DNA of 64,000 bases, taken from positions 20,026,001 to 20,090,000 of the forward strand of contig CM106586.1 in the NCBI GenBank assembly GCA_048013815.1, written 5' to 3'. Position numbers and translations under genes: made by a program. The DNA comes from Setoptus koraiensis (lineage: Eukaryota > Animalia > Arthropoda). Positions 37,841-50,119 of this stretch are shown here, piece by piece (the first letter of the stretch is position 1; every line of letters begins with the position of its first letter). The notes below the pieces were generated by a model, which was not told the DNA's origin, searched no databases, and saw only the letters and a program-made list of their open reading frames with translations.

Positions 37841-39176
37841 TCAATCTATGAGCAGTTCGAAAGAGTACATGCCCCTACCTATCGCTCGATCATGCTTGAT
37901 ATTCTCCGCCCAAGCTTTACATTCAATGAATATAAGCACGCCGGGTCTAGGATTCTTGAAATGCACCATCACAAACGGTGATTGATATCCAGGCTGATTA
38001 GTGAAAGGGAAATATTTGGGATCTATACCCTGGGGATAGTATTCCAACGGCCCGATGTTCTCCCGATCTACGCTAGATTGACCATCACAAGTTATCTGAA
38101 CCATATCCTCTTTGAAGGGCGCATTAAGAGGATAATCTTTTGGTTTTTTAGTGTAAGGTTCTGGTTTCCATCCGTATATCTAGATACAAACGAGGGAAAA
38201 TAGAATTGCAAATATCTTATGATTAGCTTGCCTCACGTTGAAATAAGTCACCTTTTCTAATTGCCTGATAACTTACCCGATTTAACTTGACAAGTATACA
38301 AGGTTTACCCAGATTGTAAGAGTAGTTCTGAGATTCAGTACATTCATTTGGAATAACTCTGAGATCAAACGGACAGAATTTGTCGGGATCTCTTTCACCA
38401 TAACTATTACAGTCGCCTTGAGCATGCTGACCCGCACCAGATTCAAGTTCTTGGTAAGCTGTGGGAAATATTTGAATATTATAAGCAGTTTTTTCATTTG
38501 AGTCTAAATTCACTTGCTGATTCACAAAAATGTACAAGTATTTTAGCGGCAGTAGATAACTCACGCTTCAAGTAATTGGTAATATCATCGACCCAATATT
38601 GCCAGTCCCCATTGAAACTGCTTCTGAAACTAATCAAGCCACTGTTAATGTATTCTGAAGGTGGGCGCGGTCTTATCCCAACACCTTTAAAAGAGGCATG
38701 TGAATTAATGTTTTGTTGACATTACAGCTATAAACTAAATTTTAACTAACTAGAATGTGCTGATATAAAGCATAAAATTTACCTGGATTAGTTCCTATCA
38801 GACTTTCTGAGAGCCTAAACTTGGGTACTCTCTCATCGATCGTTTGATTGAATATGGTTATATGTATAATCCATATAATAGCGATGATTACAAAAAGAGT
38901 GAGATAGAATAACGACAATTGAACTGACCAATGAAATAGAATGGAGATAAAGAAAGTTATTAGTCTGAGCACTGCTACAGTCTGATTTTGTTGTATCATT
39001 GTCATCGGCTAGCACTTACACCACGATTTAGGGGTACGTCCAAATGACGTCCCTGTTTGTTTGTCGAAGGCAGATTTCTTAGCTCTCACAAGCCAGCTTT
39101 CTTCTTTTGCTTTATCCTTTTTTAAATATCTTAGAGATTGCTGACTGACGCCATCTTCATAGCCTTGCAATGCCAT
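37841..39176 (-). CDS. nrv: Na+/K+-ATPase beta subunit (nervana family); exons 39176-39020, 38923-38783, 38684-38565, 38458-38277, 38179-37841 (312 aa)
   Basis: Spliced translation gives FGRTPKSW|FQLSLFYLTLFVIIAIIWII (TM), IGTNPG|VGIRPRP, FCPFDL, YSYNLGKPCILVKLNR|IYGWKPE, KYFPFTNQPGYQSPFVMVHF, IECKAWAENI. GT-AG introns; total 939 nt in frame. Confidence 0.93.
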
Positions 39177-40189
39177 TGCGCCTCCTTGATTCTATTTGGT
39201 TACTATTAGGCTAGCAACACTAAGGAACTGTATTATTATTGTTGGTGAGATGTTTTCTTTGCAGACTCTCTTGTCTGAATGGGTGGTAAGCTTCAATGCT
39301 GATGAGATTCAATTCTCTGTTTGTCCAGTGTCTATACTGTTAGTTTATTTAAAGATGACGCACGATCCATTCACAGTGGTGAAAATGGTGGTTGTGGTTG
39401 CAAACCTTTGTCATGCTTGGACCTAATAAAATACATTGCACAACAGTACTCTGTGGCGATCGAAAGAATATATAGGCTAATAATAATTTAGGCACACTGG
39501 CAAGGTGTGTGCACGAACTATAACGATTAGATCAGGGTCTACAACAGTTTTAGTTGTATGCTACCTGAACGAACTCACACGCTTTGCTGGAACGGTGTGA
39601 CAGGTTGCCGTTTATTATGTTCGTTTGCGAGATTTTTATCCATGTCCGACGCAGATGCTTATTTGCAAAAAATGTACGCTGAACACTGTTAAGTTCATAC
39701 GTGCCGAAGCGCAATTTTTATGTAATAGAGGCAGTTTTCTTTCTTTATTGCATAAAATAATACGCTAGCTCAACGGGAAATGAAACGAACAAGCACGCAT
39801 TAATTAGAAAATGTTTACTGGTTAATCTCGAGAACGATAACTAAATACACGGGCTCACCAGACCAGTTTAGTTTAGTCTGTTTTATACTATTGTATATCA
39901 AAATCTGAATGTTACATGTATATAAACGTATATAAATGTTTATGCACCTCGTGCAGCTACCTTGCGATACAGTGGGATCATCTGTTCGATCGCACCGTTG
40001 GGAGAGAATCATAACGGTGTTCAGGTTTCAAGTGATCCCCAACAGATTCTAGCTTTGGGACTGATGCGCACGAGAAGCAAAAAAAGAATATCATCATGCA
40101 TGATAAGAGAGAAGCAAAAGTAAACGTATGTACAGCCATGAAAGACAATTGAATTAGCTGGTATCCGAATTTATAGTCCAGGTTAGCTT

Positions 40190-40210
40190 CACACACACAC
40201 ACACACACAC
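40190..40210. repeat. Short (CA)n microsatellite
   Basis: Read directly from the sequence. Confidence 0.8.
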
Positions 40211-41029
40211 TCACACTATTTATCTTGAATCTAAACTGGATAAGGCAAGATAAAAGGGTCCGATGCCATGCGATCAAAAAATGTAGCTGGCCTCAAATTT
40301 CCATACCATATATAGATATCCTTCCAGTTTATCTGCGTAATAACGAATAGTCCTAAAACCGCTAGATATTTGCACTAGCATATTGTGAAGATATTTTCCG
40401 GATATCAAACGAACAAAGGTAAACAGAACCAGGTTCATTTACACAACAATAGTTAGGTATGAAGGAAGATTTAAACAGAACACTATTGGACATAAGGATG
40501 TGAAATTTATTTAATCATCATCGTTTAATCGATATCATACCCGCAGTGGAAGCCAACACTAGTTCAGCAGTATTGCCACATCCATTGTTGACAATTAGTG
40601 TTTCTAAAACAAACAGACCATATCTGATGTTTCATGCTACGTTCAATTGTAGCGTGAAATGGCCTGATCTACCACCTTCACATGAATCTCAATTAGGATG
40701 ACCTCGTTGAAATGCGGAACGTCTTTATAATGTTCTATTGTCATTATTTCAGCCAACAAAACTAGATATTTACAATTGCTTATCATTCCTATTGATATCG
40801 TATGCATGAACATGAATCTCAGTTCATCTCAGTCATCGACATCAAGCATTTCATCGACTGTTGCGAAGCATCTCGACAATATCAATATCCAACAGTTATA
40901 ACAATCCATTAAAAAAAAACAGCTCCTACTCTAGAGAAAAATTAGTCGAATCAATTAAGAAGACAAAATAGATTACTATCAATACCTCTCGGTGTGATTC
41001 TATCTAGAAACAACATCAGCAAATAGTAA

Positions 41030-43354
41030 ATGCAAGCCATCTCTTTAAGCAAGTTCTATTATTACCATTATCTAGTCAGCTTTAATCTATATATTTTATT
41101 ACCAACATGCCTTGTACTAGTTATATGTCAAAGCATCCTCACGCTAGGATTCTACGATGGCCATACATTGGAGATTGGCAATTCACAGATGCACCGCTGC
41201 AATCATATACCCCCAAAACATGATCAAATCACACATGTTTGGTCCAACCTAACCATCGACTCTCTGATTCATGATATAGAGTCCAATCAGCAGCAGCATA
41301 AAATTTATCGCCGATCGCCGCTCGCATCTAATCGTATACCTTTGAAAATAGATGTTTTCTATGATGACAGTGTTAACGCTCTCGATGCCAAAAAAGTCTT
41401 ACTCATCAATGGAACTGTCATGCCTGCAGTGGTTGAGTTCTTCCAAAACGTTCTAACCATTAAAAGAGAAGATGCATTGCATCGTTTTCAAATTGCGCGA
41501 AAGTGTCCCCAGAATACGATATTTTACATTCCAACTGGCCCGGGAGGACCTTCCAGACCCCATTGTATTGATCGATGTGAGGATTACGCAACTTGTGGCG
41601 AAATCACTGTGCCTACATCACATTTGGCCGCATGTTCTTATTGTAACTCCCAAGACCATAGATGTAGGACAGATTCATCAACTGATGGCCCGGGTGTGAT
41701 CGGTGCACAGTTTTTATTGTATGTCTCAGCCAACCAGACTTCTAGATGCAAAAAAGACCAAACTATAGCTTACGCCGCCCATTGCGCTCAAGATCTCAGG
41801 ACAGATAGGCCCATCGCAGGGCACGCCAACCTATGTCCATCATCTATCAGCACCGATCCGAAAGACCTGAAAGCTTTGATAGCCACTGTCAAGCATGAAC
41901 TCACTCATGTTTTAGGCTTCTCAGTTTCATTATTTGCATATTATCGCGATGCAAATGGTCGCCCTTTGACTCCCAGAGATCCATTAACCGGTAGGATCCC
42001 TATAAACCAAGAGACAGGGTTTGCCCAATGGAGTGATGCTACTATCAAAACAATTGAACGTCGAGGGTGGTCGACGGGAGATGGCCCTATCAATAAAACT
42101 ATTCATGTAGTGATAACTCCAGCGGTTACCCAAGCAGTTCGTGAGCACTTTAACTGCAGCAGTTTAGAGGGAGCTGAACTGGAAGATCAGGGTTCGGATG
42201 GAACGTCTATAACTCACTGGGAGAAGAGACTCTTTGAAAATGAAGCCATGACTGGAACTCACACGCAAAACTCTGTTTATAGTAAGTTGACGCTAGCCAT
42301 CTTACAAGACACAGGTTGGTACATACCAGATTACAGTAGAGCCGAGCAACTTGAGTGGGGCAAAAATTTAGGTTGCAACTTCGCTAAGAAGTCGTGCAAA
42401 TCATGGATTGATGAGAGGCGAGCTATGAAACTCAGTATAAGACCATTTTGTGATAAGCCCAAGGGCGATTTACTTCAAATATCTTGCACTGACGATGGAA
42501 ACTCCAAAGCTGTCTGCAACATGAAATCATTCGACAAGCCACTATCAGCTATGTATGTAAATTTCGACTACATAGATGGTGTATCCCATTCCGACTTGGC
42601 ATACTATGGTGGATCTGTTGACCTCGCAGACTATTGCCCATTTATTCAAGAATTTACGTGGCAAGCGAAGAACATCACCGTCAGAGGCTCCAGGTGTGAA
42701 TTCGACGGAAATAATCTTGATAATGAGCGTAATGCTGCTCTGGAACATTATGGTGCACAAACGAAATGCTTCGAGCATGGTCGTCGTTGGGAGCAAAGAT
42801 CCTGCCATTACAGACGTCATTGGCATCATTACGGCGCTGGGTGTTATAAATATTCTTGTGATGGTGGTCATTTATCCATAATAGTTGAAAATTACACGTA
42901 CCCTTGTTACTACCCAGACCAGATTATACAAATTGAACTCTTGACTGATCATTGGTTGCACACCGGCACTATAGTGTGCCCCCCGTGCAAGAAGATATGT
43001 CCAACCAATAAGTGTACTTTTAACGCAACTAATTCAGTATGGAATGGAATCTATAATGACAAGTCGCCAAACTCTATTGAACATGTGACCGCTAACACAA
43101 ACACAAATTCGTTCAGAGATCTCATGACCAAACATACCGGCAACATATCGCATATAATAACCGATGATCAACTGAAAGCTAGTCATGACAGAAATAATTT
43201 TTCCACGGCGCCAAGACATCACTTGATTTGTTCCTCTTCATCAAATTTAAAAATCATCGGTTTCAAATATATTATTTCATTGGCACATATATGGTTGACT
43301 TTCTGGTACATGGATTTTGTAAAAGTCACCAACCTATACTACTTCCACATATAG
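41030..43354 (+). CDS. LMLN: Leishmanolysin-like M8 metallopeptidase (invadolysin); single exon, 774 aa
   Basis: Zinc motif HELTHVLGFS, AHCAQD, RPIAGHANLCP, GAELEDQG, THWEKRLFENEAMTG, WGKNLGCNF, GGSVDLADYCP; hydrophobic N- and C-termini. Confidence 0.96.
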   Translation: MQAISLSKFYYYHYLVSFNLYILLPTCLVLVICQSILTLGFYDGHTLEIGNSQMHRCNHIPPKHDQITHVWSNLTIDSLIHDIESNQQQHKIYRRSPLASNRIPLKIDVFYDDSVNALDAKKVLLINGTVMPAVVEFFQNVLTIKREDALHRFQIARKCPQNTIFYIPTGPGGPSRPHCIDRCEDYATCGEITVPTSHLAACSYCNSQDHRCRTDSSTDGPGVIGAQFLLYVSANQTSRCKKDQTIAYAAHCAQDLRTDRPIAGHANLCPSSISTDPKDLKALIATVKHELTHVLGFSVSLFAYYRDANGRPLTPRDPLTGRIPINQETGFAQWSDATIKTIERRGWSTGDGPINKTIHVVITPAVTQAVREHFNCSSLEGAELEDQGSDGTSITHWEKRLFENEAMTGTHTQNSVYSKLTLAILQDTGWYIPDYSRAEQLEWGKNLGCNFAKKSCKSWIDERRAMKLSIRPFCDKPKGDLLQISCTDDGNSKAVCNMKSFDKPLSAMYVNFDYIDGVSHSDLAYYGGSVDLADYCPFIQEFTWQAKNITVRGSRCEFDGNNLDNERNAALEHYGAQTKCFEHGRRWEQRSCHYRRHWHHYGAGCYKYSCDGGHLSIIVENYTYPCYYPDQIIQIELLTDHWLHTGTIVCPPCKKICPTNKCTFNATNSVWNGIYNDKSPNSIEHVTANTNTNSFRDLMTKHTGNISHIITDDQLKASHDRNNFSTAPRHHLICSSSSNLKIIGFKYIISLAHIWLTFWYMDFVKVTNLYYFHI

Positions 43355-44122
43355 ATAAAATAATCCATGTAGAGATAACGAACAAGAATGAATGTTCACA
43401 TTAGATAACCGCTATGCAACTCTGTCATGCATGGTTTCCCTCCTAACACTCAAAGCTTCGGTACCCTCGAATTGTTGTCAGAGCTAGCGATCGGTGACAA
43501 TAGCCCAACTAAGTAGATTGAAATTGTCGTCCAAGGAAGGTGTTTTATCTTGGGCCGAAACTTTTGGCCCAAAAGGGTACAGTGAAAATCTTCATGATTG
43601 CACATGCGCATGAATCGCAAACAATAGTAGCACCTGTAGTGGCCAATTCACAGTTATACATAAACTGAAACATACTAGTCGTCAGGTTGAGTCCTCGTGG
43701 CACTTAAGTAAGCTCCGAGAATCAGGATCAACAAGTCGATCGAGAGTAATAATGCGTTCCCATCCAAGTTTTATTTTAGGCTTTGCTTGCATCACCTAGA
43801 AGATAATCAATTATTGGATTATCTTTGATAACCCGATGTTTTGAAAACCATTCTGGTCACGTTCAACTCCCCACTCTGTGTTTTGCGTTGTTTCAGCAAA
43901 CAATTCTTGGTTGGACACAACTAGCTGTTCTTCGAAACTAATGTCACTGACAGATATACATTGTTGTAGACATAATGTTGACCAACTCAGCCTCAAGATG
44001 CTTGGCATCCTTGATTGGCGGGCAAAGAAAATGAAGTAGATACTATTGGAATAGCAGATCGTTTTGTAAATTACTGGTGGGCAGTAGAACAGATTTGAAA
44101 CGTTTCTGACTATTCAGAATAG

Positions 44123-44186
44123 GTAAGAAGGCTTCTTCGAACTTCACTAAGAAACTAACTTGAACTACCGATGTCATCGTTCTCAG
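44123..44186 (+). other. Probable 64-nt spliceosomal intron in a non-coding (likely Src 5' UTR) transcript
   Basis: AG|GTAAGA donor, ACTAAC branch point at 44154, TTCTCAG acceptor. A further donor GTAAGT lies at 44611 and an acceptor TTTAG ends at 46203, 6 nt before the Src ATG. Confidence 0.5.
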
Positions 44187-44621
44187 ATGAAAGATATTTA
44201 TTAATTGTTCGAACAAGTGAATTGTTCTCGTGTGTAAGAAGTTTGGTGTGGTAACAGTTACATTAGAAAGTAGATTGAACGGAGAGTGGCAGAGTTCTCT
44301 GGCACAACAACTTGTTAACGTCTAACTTGCTAAACTGTATGGTTCGCAACGACGGAGAAACAAAGCTTTTGTAGATTTGTTGGGTCTCTGGAAGCGGTTC
44401 TAAATCAGTATCTGAGACAGGTGCAATCTATCGTTTCGCCACTATGAAGCACTTTCGAGTCATTCAGAGATACTGGTGCCCCAAAAAGTCAGAGTCCGAC
44501 AGGTTGTGTTGGACAACATGCCGGCCAATTTGTGCTGGTCATCACAACGAACTGACGCACAAGCAGACAGACAGACACAATCATTCTTTGCAGACGCATA
44601 TTCGCAGTGTGTAAGTGTGTC

Positions 44622-44622
<1 letters not shown>

Positions 44623-44682
<60 letters not shown>
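44623..44682. repeat. (GT)30 microsatellite
   Basis: Read directly from the sequence. Confidence 0.95.
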
Positions 44683-44685
<3 letters not shown>

Positions 44686-45327
44686 CTTGTGCTTAGCAAC
44701 GGCTTTCGTCGAACCTGCAGATCGAGTGAATCGAATCTCAATTGGGGATTCGAAGAAAGAAGAGGAGATAATAAGAGCGAGAGCAGGTTGCTGGATTCGA
44801 TCTGCGAATTGTTGTGTTTAGAGCTTGATGAAAGCGACAACAACAACAACTACAATATCAACCTTTATCGCCATCAGTCCGGTGGCATCAGAGCAACAGT
44901 GGCATACCCAGAGAAGGAAGAAAACTAGATATACTCTGGGGGGCGTGTGGCAACCTGCCGTTGGCAGGCCGAAGTTGCTGGATACAAGAACGCGTTGTGC
45001 CGCCCTGAAGCACAGGACGCTCAAAAGATGGCGCGTGTGCTCGTCCTCTGTTCGTTTCGCAAAATGAGCAGCAGCAGCTGTTGGAGTACGAAGTGTCTCT
45101 TGTAGACACAGAATTACACGGGAGACGATCGGTAACTTGCAATGCCGCCATCGATCGCTAGGGCACCGCTCCATGTCGGAATTCGGTAGCAGCTAGCTTG
45201 GGTCTATACAACATCGACTCTATAGTGATTATAGAAAAAAGATTGGAGAACGTCATACTGTATTGTAATTCTGCCCATCTGTGAGCGTTTCTCATGCCCC
45301 TAGCGGGCCTTCGTGGCACTGTGGAGC

Positions 45328-45513
45328 GACAGAGTACTTTTGAGTTCTGTAAGGCACTAACCTGTTCGGCACAGAATCGTGAATGCACATGTGCTTGTAT
45401 TGTGCGTTGCAAAACTGACAAAGAATTAAGTTAGGCTCAGTGCGCACCGCAGTACATTATACAGTATATTCAACGCATTTTTATTGCCGCACAGAACTCA
45501 AAAGTACTTTGTC
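45328..45513. repeat. Inverted repeat, 23-bp arms (22/23 identical) with a 140-bp spacer; MITE-like or long hairpin
   Basis: 45328-45350 GACAGAGTACTTTTGAGTTCTGT versus the reverse complement of 45491-45513, GACAAAGTACTTTTGAGTTCTGT. Confidence 0.85.
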
Positions 45514-46209
45514 ACCCTATAAGCACCACTAGCTTTGGAAATTGAACAGGCATACAGGTTTACATGCGAAAGAAAGAAGAACACTGGCTATAGGACTCAT
45601 CTAATCTAAACTTTATACAGTGGTCCGGTGTCGGTCTCAATCTTGAGTCGTATGGCCGAGTCGACTATCATCGTCGATTTTTGAGTCATTCCGACTTTAT
45701 TTATGTTGGATTCTAACAACTTGATCCCTAGCTACAACTTATAGATACTGTATTTATTGGTTATTTAGCAACAATTTAATAAGATGGTCAATACTAGACA
45801 CTGACTGACGATAATAAGAATACAACAACATCATCAATCGGTCAATCATTATCAAGTTTATTGACGGCTCACCATTCACACACATAAGCACAGGATCTGC
45901 ATGTATATCTTCTTATTTATTATCATCATTATTATTATTTCTATTTTTCTAAGCGCTCCACACCATTAATTAAAATCTCTCGGACAAACACAAGCAACCA
46001 ATGAGAAAATCTGGCACTCAAAAAGAAAAATATCCTCAATTTAATATATTTAGGCAGGCCAAAGTACGATGGTAATATTGTTGTATCACAACAACAGTTC
46101 TATTGTTAATTGTTGACTCCAATCAAAAGGAGTCCACACAGACCACATACCTACAAAATATTTATTTTTTCACAAAATTAATATCAATTATCAATCAATT
46201 TAGTTCAAG

Positions 46210-48104
46210 ATGGGAAACTGTCTTGAGACAAGCGATAAACGTGCCAGTTTAGGCAATCACGTCAGTCCGAACAACAAAAATTCCAATTCAAATTCGTTCA
46301 CTAGCAATGAATTCAATCAGCAACACCTAAATAGTGGTGCTGGAAAAACGAAAAGAAACTTCAGTGCCAACAATCACATTATTAACAATAATAACAATAC
46401 ACAGCACCATAATATACCCGACCTAATGACTGGCGATATACCCATCACTCCCCGCCAATTATCATGCGTGATGGGATCATCTAATCCAACGCATATGTCG
46501 CCTCATGAATATCCACTTCAGAATAACAGTCAATTGTTGAACAATGTCTCACAAATGGGAGAATCTCATCCAAACTTCTTCTCACAACGTTTCGCTCAAC
46601 AACAAGCCTCTACATTAGCCTCATCTGTGCTAACGAAGGGACCGGGTGACCAGAAATTAGTCATATGCTTGGATGACTTCTCGGCTAAAAGTGAGAAAGA
46701 GCTTAGCTTTCGCAAAGGCGATTATCTAATTGTCTTAGACGAAACAGGCCCAGATTGGTATATGGCCGAACATACGACAACAAATAGGAAAGGGTTTGTA
46801 CCCAAAGACTTTGTCACTACGGAATTCATTGAGATTGAGGATTGGTTCTTTCCCAAGACAATGCGCCGAGATGCTGAAAAGTTGCTTATGTCCCACGACT
46901 TCTGCAGTGGCACTTTCCTCATAAGAAATAGTGAACAAACAAACACGGGTTATTCTTTATCTATTAGAGATAGAGATTCACAAAAAGGCGATGTTGTTAA
47001 ACATTACAAAATCAAAACATTAGATAATGGAGGATTTTATGTGACGACAAAAAAGAAGTTCGCCAATATGAAGGAGTTGATAGACTTCTATTCTCAGGGA
47101 CCCAATGGGTTGTGTCATAAATTGGTGATGCCATGTCCTAAGCCAAAATTGAGCTTTTGGCCAGACAGAGAGGCTGAGATAACTCGTACTGATCTGCAAT
47201 ACATACGCAAGATTGGAACAGGTTTCTTCGGCGAAGTCTACTATGGCAAGTATCGAAATGACACAGAAGTTGCCATCAAGACATTGAAACAGGGTAAAAT
47301 GTCACCTCAAGCCTTCCTCGATGAAGCCATTATCATGCGCAAATGTCGTCATCCAAAATTGGTACCTTGTTATGGTGTGTGCTCACAAGAGGAACCATTA
47401 TTGATTATTACTGAATATATGTGTAATGGTAGTTTATTAGATTACCTCCGATCCAACAGAGAAGGTAAAAATCTTAAGCTATTAGAATTGATGGATATGG
47501 CTTCACAAATCTGCTCTGGAATGGCCTATTTGGAGCAACAAAAATTGATACATCGTGATCTTGCTGCAAGGAATATACTTGTGGGGAAGGATAGAATAGT
47601 TAAAGTGGCCGATTTCGGCTTAGCGAGAGTCATTGAAGATACAGAGTATACCGCGCGTCAAGGTGCCAAATTTCCAATCAAATGGACAGCGCCAGAGGCT
47701 GCTATGTATGGAAAATTCTCAATCAAATCCGATGTTTGGTCGTAAGTTTTCAAGTTCCAGCAAATGCTCTGATTGCTAAAATGATTATAAATTTTTAACT
47801 CTTTCTAACCTACCTATTCCTTTGCTTAAATGACAGATTCGGCATTTTACTCTACGAACTAATCACTCACGGTCATGTGCCTTATCCTGGTATGCATAAT
47901 AAAGAAGTTATAGAAAAAGTAGAGCTAGGATACAGGATGCAAAAACCTACTAATTGCGAGTGTCCAGATCCCGTTTACCAAATAATGCGTAAGTGTTGGG
48001 ATGGAGAACCAGATAGAAGACCCACATTTGAGTATTTGTATAGATTCTTCGACGATTACGTAGTGTCGAGTGAGCAGTCTTACAGAGATCCTGTGGAATT
48101 TTAG
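46210..48104 (+). CDS. Src64B: Src-family tyrosine kinase, Src64B-like; exons 46210-47741 and 47837-48104
   Basis: MGNC N-terminus (myristoylation/palmitoylation); SH3 ([16 protein letters not shown]); SH2 ([27 protein letters not shown]); kinase ([33 protein letters not shown]); phase-2 intron in SDVWS|FG; C-tail Tyr (EQSYRD). SH2 and tail resemble Src64B more than Src42A by recalled sequence. Confidence 0.92.
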
Positions 48105-48105
48105 A

Positions 48106-48571
48106 CTTGTTGTCACATGCTTAATGTGATAATCATTAACTGTTGGAATATGTGTCAATCTATACTTGAGATAAAATGGTGTTCAATCGACACTTGCTAT
48201 TCAACTCAAATCAAAGAACAATTATGACTCTTACGGTTATTACGGTCAATTGTAGGCTGAGTTGCAGTATGCTAAAACCAACAACTTTTTAATGATTATA
48301 TAATATATAAATTACACTTTTTTACAAACTCACATGATGTCTATCCAATGCGGAGATAGACTGATGACAACAATCAATCTAGTGTAGACCAGTTTTATCG
48401 TGTTACTTGTTTTCACAGTTTTCTAGCTCTTTATACAATCGGTCAACATGATCTTTGGGCAACATATCATTCATGGCCTTTATGGCTTCTTTGATACGTT
48501 TGTATGGTAAGTTTAATTCTACCATGTAGTTGACAATGCCAGGGAACCTTTCGATGGTGTCGGATGGTCGC
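48106..48571 (-). repeat. Non-coding duplicate of the last ~55 codons plus 3' UTR of the CRAL-TRIO gene (copy of 54209-54655), with a 1-bp frameshift
   Basis: 48306-48544 is identical to 54389-54627 (239 bp); the flanks are diverged; AGGGAA versus AGGGGAA deletion. The apparent ORF 48403..48591 starts at TTG, not ATG. Confidence 0.95.
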
Positions 48572-48641
48572 TCCAAAATCTCTATGTCCAAGGTATATTC
48601 TATTACAAGCTTAGTAATGTTTCAGGTGGAGAGAGGAACAT

Positions 48642-49706
48642 CTATTTTGCTAGCATGGCCTCCACCATAGCTTGGCCTTTTTTCTTGATGTAATCATCTA
48701 TGAATTGTCTATTCCAGCCATCATTATCCCTAGTTGGTCGGCCGTCTACCTTCAGCGCCGAACTCTGGGGCCTGTAAAATTCTTCAACAGCCTTTAATAG
48801 CTTCTCACTTGGTACAGTTGGTGGTGGAAGACGTAGTTGATCGGGATTTATTGGTTTGTATTCACGGTCTGCCAAGCCAATCAGAGGTACCATGAGCCCG
48901 GCGGGTAGCTCATAGTAGGGTACGCCAGGTTTGAGCCCTTCTTCGCTGATGTTTTTCATTGTCTCCTGAATTACATTGCCAGTCTCCTTAGAATCTATTG
49001 GCTGTACCACAGAGGTGTTTCTGGATTGGTCGGTTGGATTAGCACCATGCTGATTATCAGCACATGCTCTGGTAGCATTATTGCTTATAGAATTCGATCC
49101 ATTTTGTGCACCAGGAACCATTGAGAATATTTGAGAATTTGGTGTTGATGTAGATTGAACTAAACCAGCTTGCTGGTTCATATTATTAATCAAATCGTTT
49201 GATTGTGCAAAGTGATACGGAGGATGTCTGACGTTCATAGGAGGTGGCAATAAGGACGGTTGCATGTGCTGTTGATCCATAACCTGGAGCATCTGAGGAT
49301 ACCATTGTAGATGTTGCATAGGATTCCTCGAAAATTGTTGTTGTTGAGGTGGTAAAATGTGTTGCACAAGCATATTTTGTTGGTGATGTTGGGGATACAT
49401 CGGCATATTTGTTTGCTGTTGGTGCCGATGTCCAGGCGGATGGAGCTGGTGTGGGAGCAAACCGAAAGGTTGCATGCCTAAATGGCGCTGCTGTTGTTGA
49501 GGGTGCATGTTTGGCTGATACTGCTGGTTGTAAATATTATTAAATAGTTCTGGATTGAACTGCCTCACTGGGGTTGCCTGCTGTTGATGCTGGTGGATTT
49601 GCATGTTATGCATGGTTTGATTCCTCAGCATATATTGTTGTTGCTGCTGTTGTTGATTCATCATACCCCTTATTATATTGTTTGAACCTGGATTGTTGCC
49701 AGACAT
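48642..49706 (-). CDS. CHERP: CHERP/SCAF6-related protein: Q/P-rich region plus DUF3819 only; single exon, 354 aa
   Basis: PYYELPAGLMVPLI...YKPINPDQLRLPPP..PSEKLLKAVEEFY...RDNDGW matches the recalled CHERP DUF3819 segment. No SURP, CID, RS or G-patch domain is seen. Confidence 0.8.
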   Translation of the reverse strand: MSGNNPGSNNIIRGMMNQQQQQQQYMLRNQTMHNMQIHQHQQQATPVRQFNPELFNNIYNQQYQPNMHPQQQQRHLGMQPFGLLPHQLHPPGHRHQQQTNMPMYPQHHQQNMLVQHILPPQQQQFSRNPMQHLQWYPQMLQVMDQQHMQPSLLPPPMNVRHPPYHFAQSNDLINNMNQQAGLVQSTSTPNSQIFSMVPGAQNGSNSISNNATRACADNQHGANPTDQSRNTSVVQPIDSKETGNVIQETMKNISEEGLKPGVPYYELPAGLMVPLIGLADREYKPINPDQLRLPPPTVPSEKLLKAVEEFYRPQSSALKVDGRPTRDNDGWNRQFIDDYIKKKGQAMVEAMLAK

Positions 49707-50119
49707 GGTTTGTTATCTTTTAGGAGATGATTAGATAACAAAAACAATGACGATAAAGATCCTTCGAATATTCATCAATAATACACTTGTAAAGTCATCC
49801 GAAAGCAACATTTGACGATCATATGATTGAGAATGTAAACACAGCGACTGAACACGGTGAAGTTGCAGCACAGCAACAGACCGATTGAGGACTTGTTAGC
49901 TGTGCTGGCAACTTGTGAGACGAAGCTGTTGAGAAAGTTTGGTCGCTAATGGCAACCGCTAGCGACGAAACTTTGCGAGAGTCACCAGAATCTATTGGTT
50001 GCATTGTATTTTTAAAAAAATGTACCCCGCTACTGAGAGAATAACATCGTTCCTAAGAACCGTTATGGATGAATCGATTCAGTTGTGACAAATGAAAGGT
50101 TGTTGCTCAGCCGTACGAG

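Noticed and set aside
38975-39019. 45-nt first intron for nrv, as implied by ORF 38742..39005
   Set aside because: The acceptor at 38924 has a better branch point and pyrimidine tract and restores the normal SW-to-TM spacing.
39303-39322. miR-1175-like TGAGATTCAA
   Set aside because: No hairpin; it lies antisense in the nrv upstream region.
48403-48591. 62-aa ORF identical to the CRAL-TRIO C-terminus as a new small gene
   Set aside because: It starts at TTG and crosses a frameshift at the duplication edge; best treated as non-coding duplicate.
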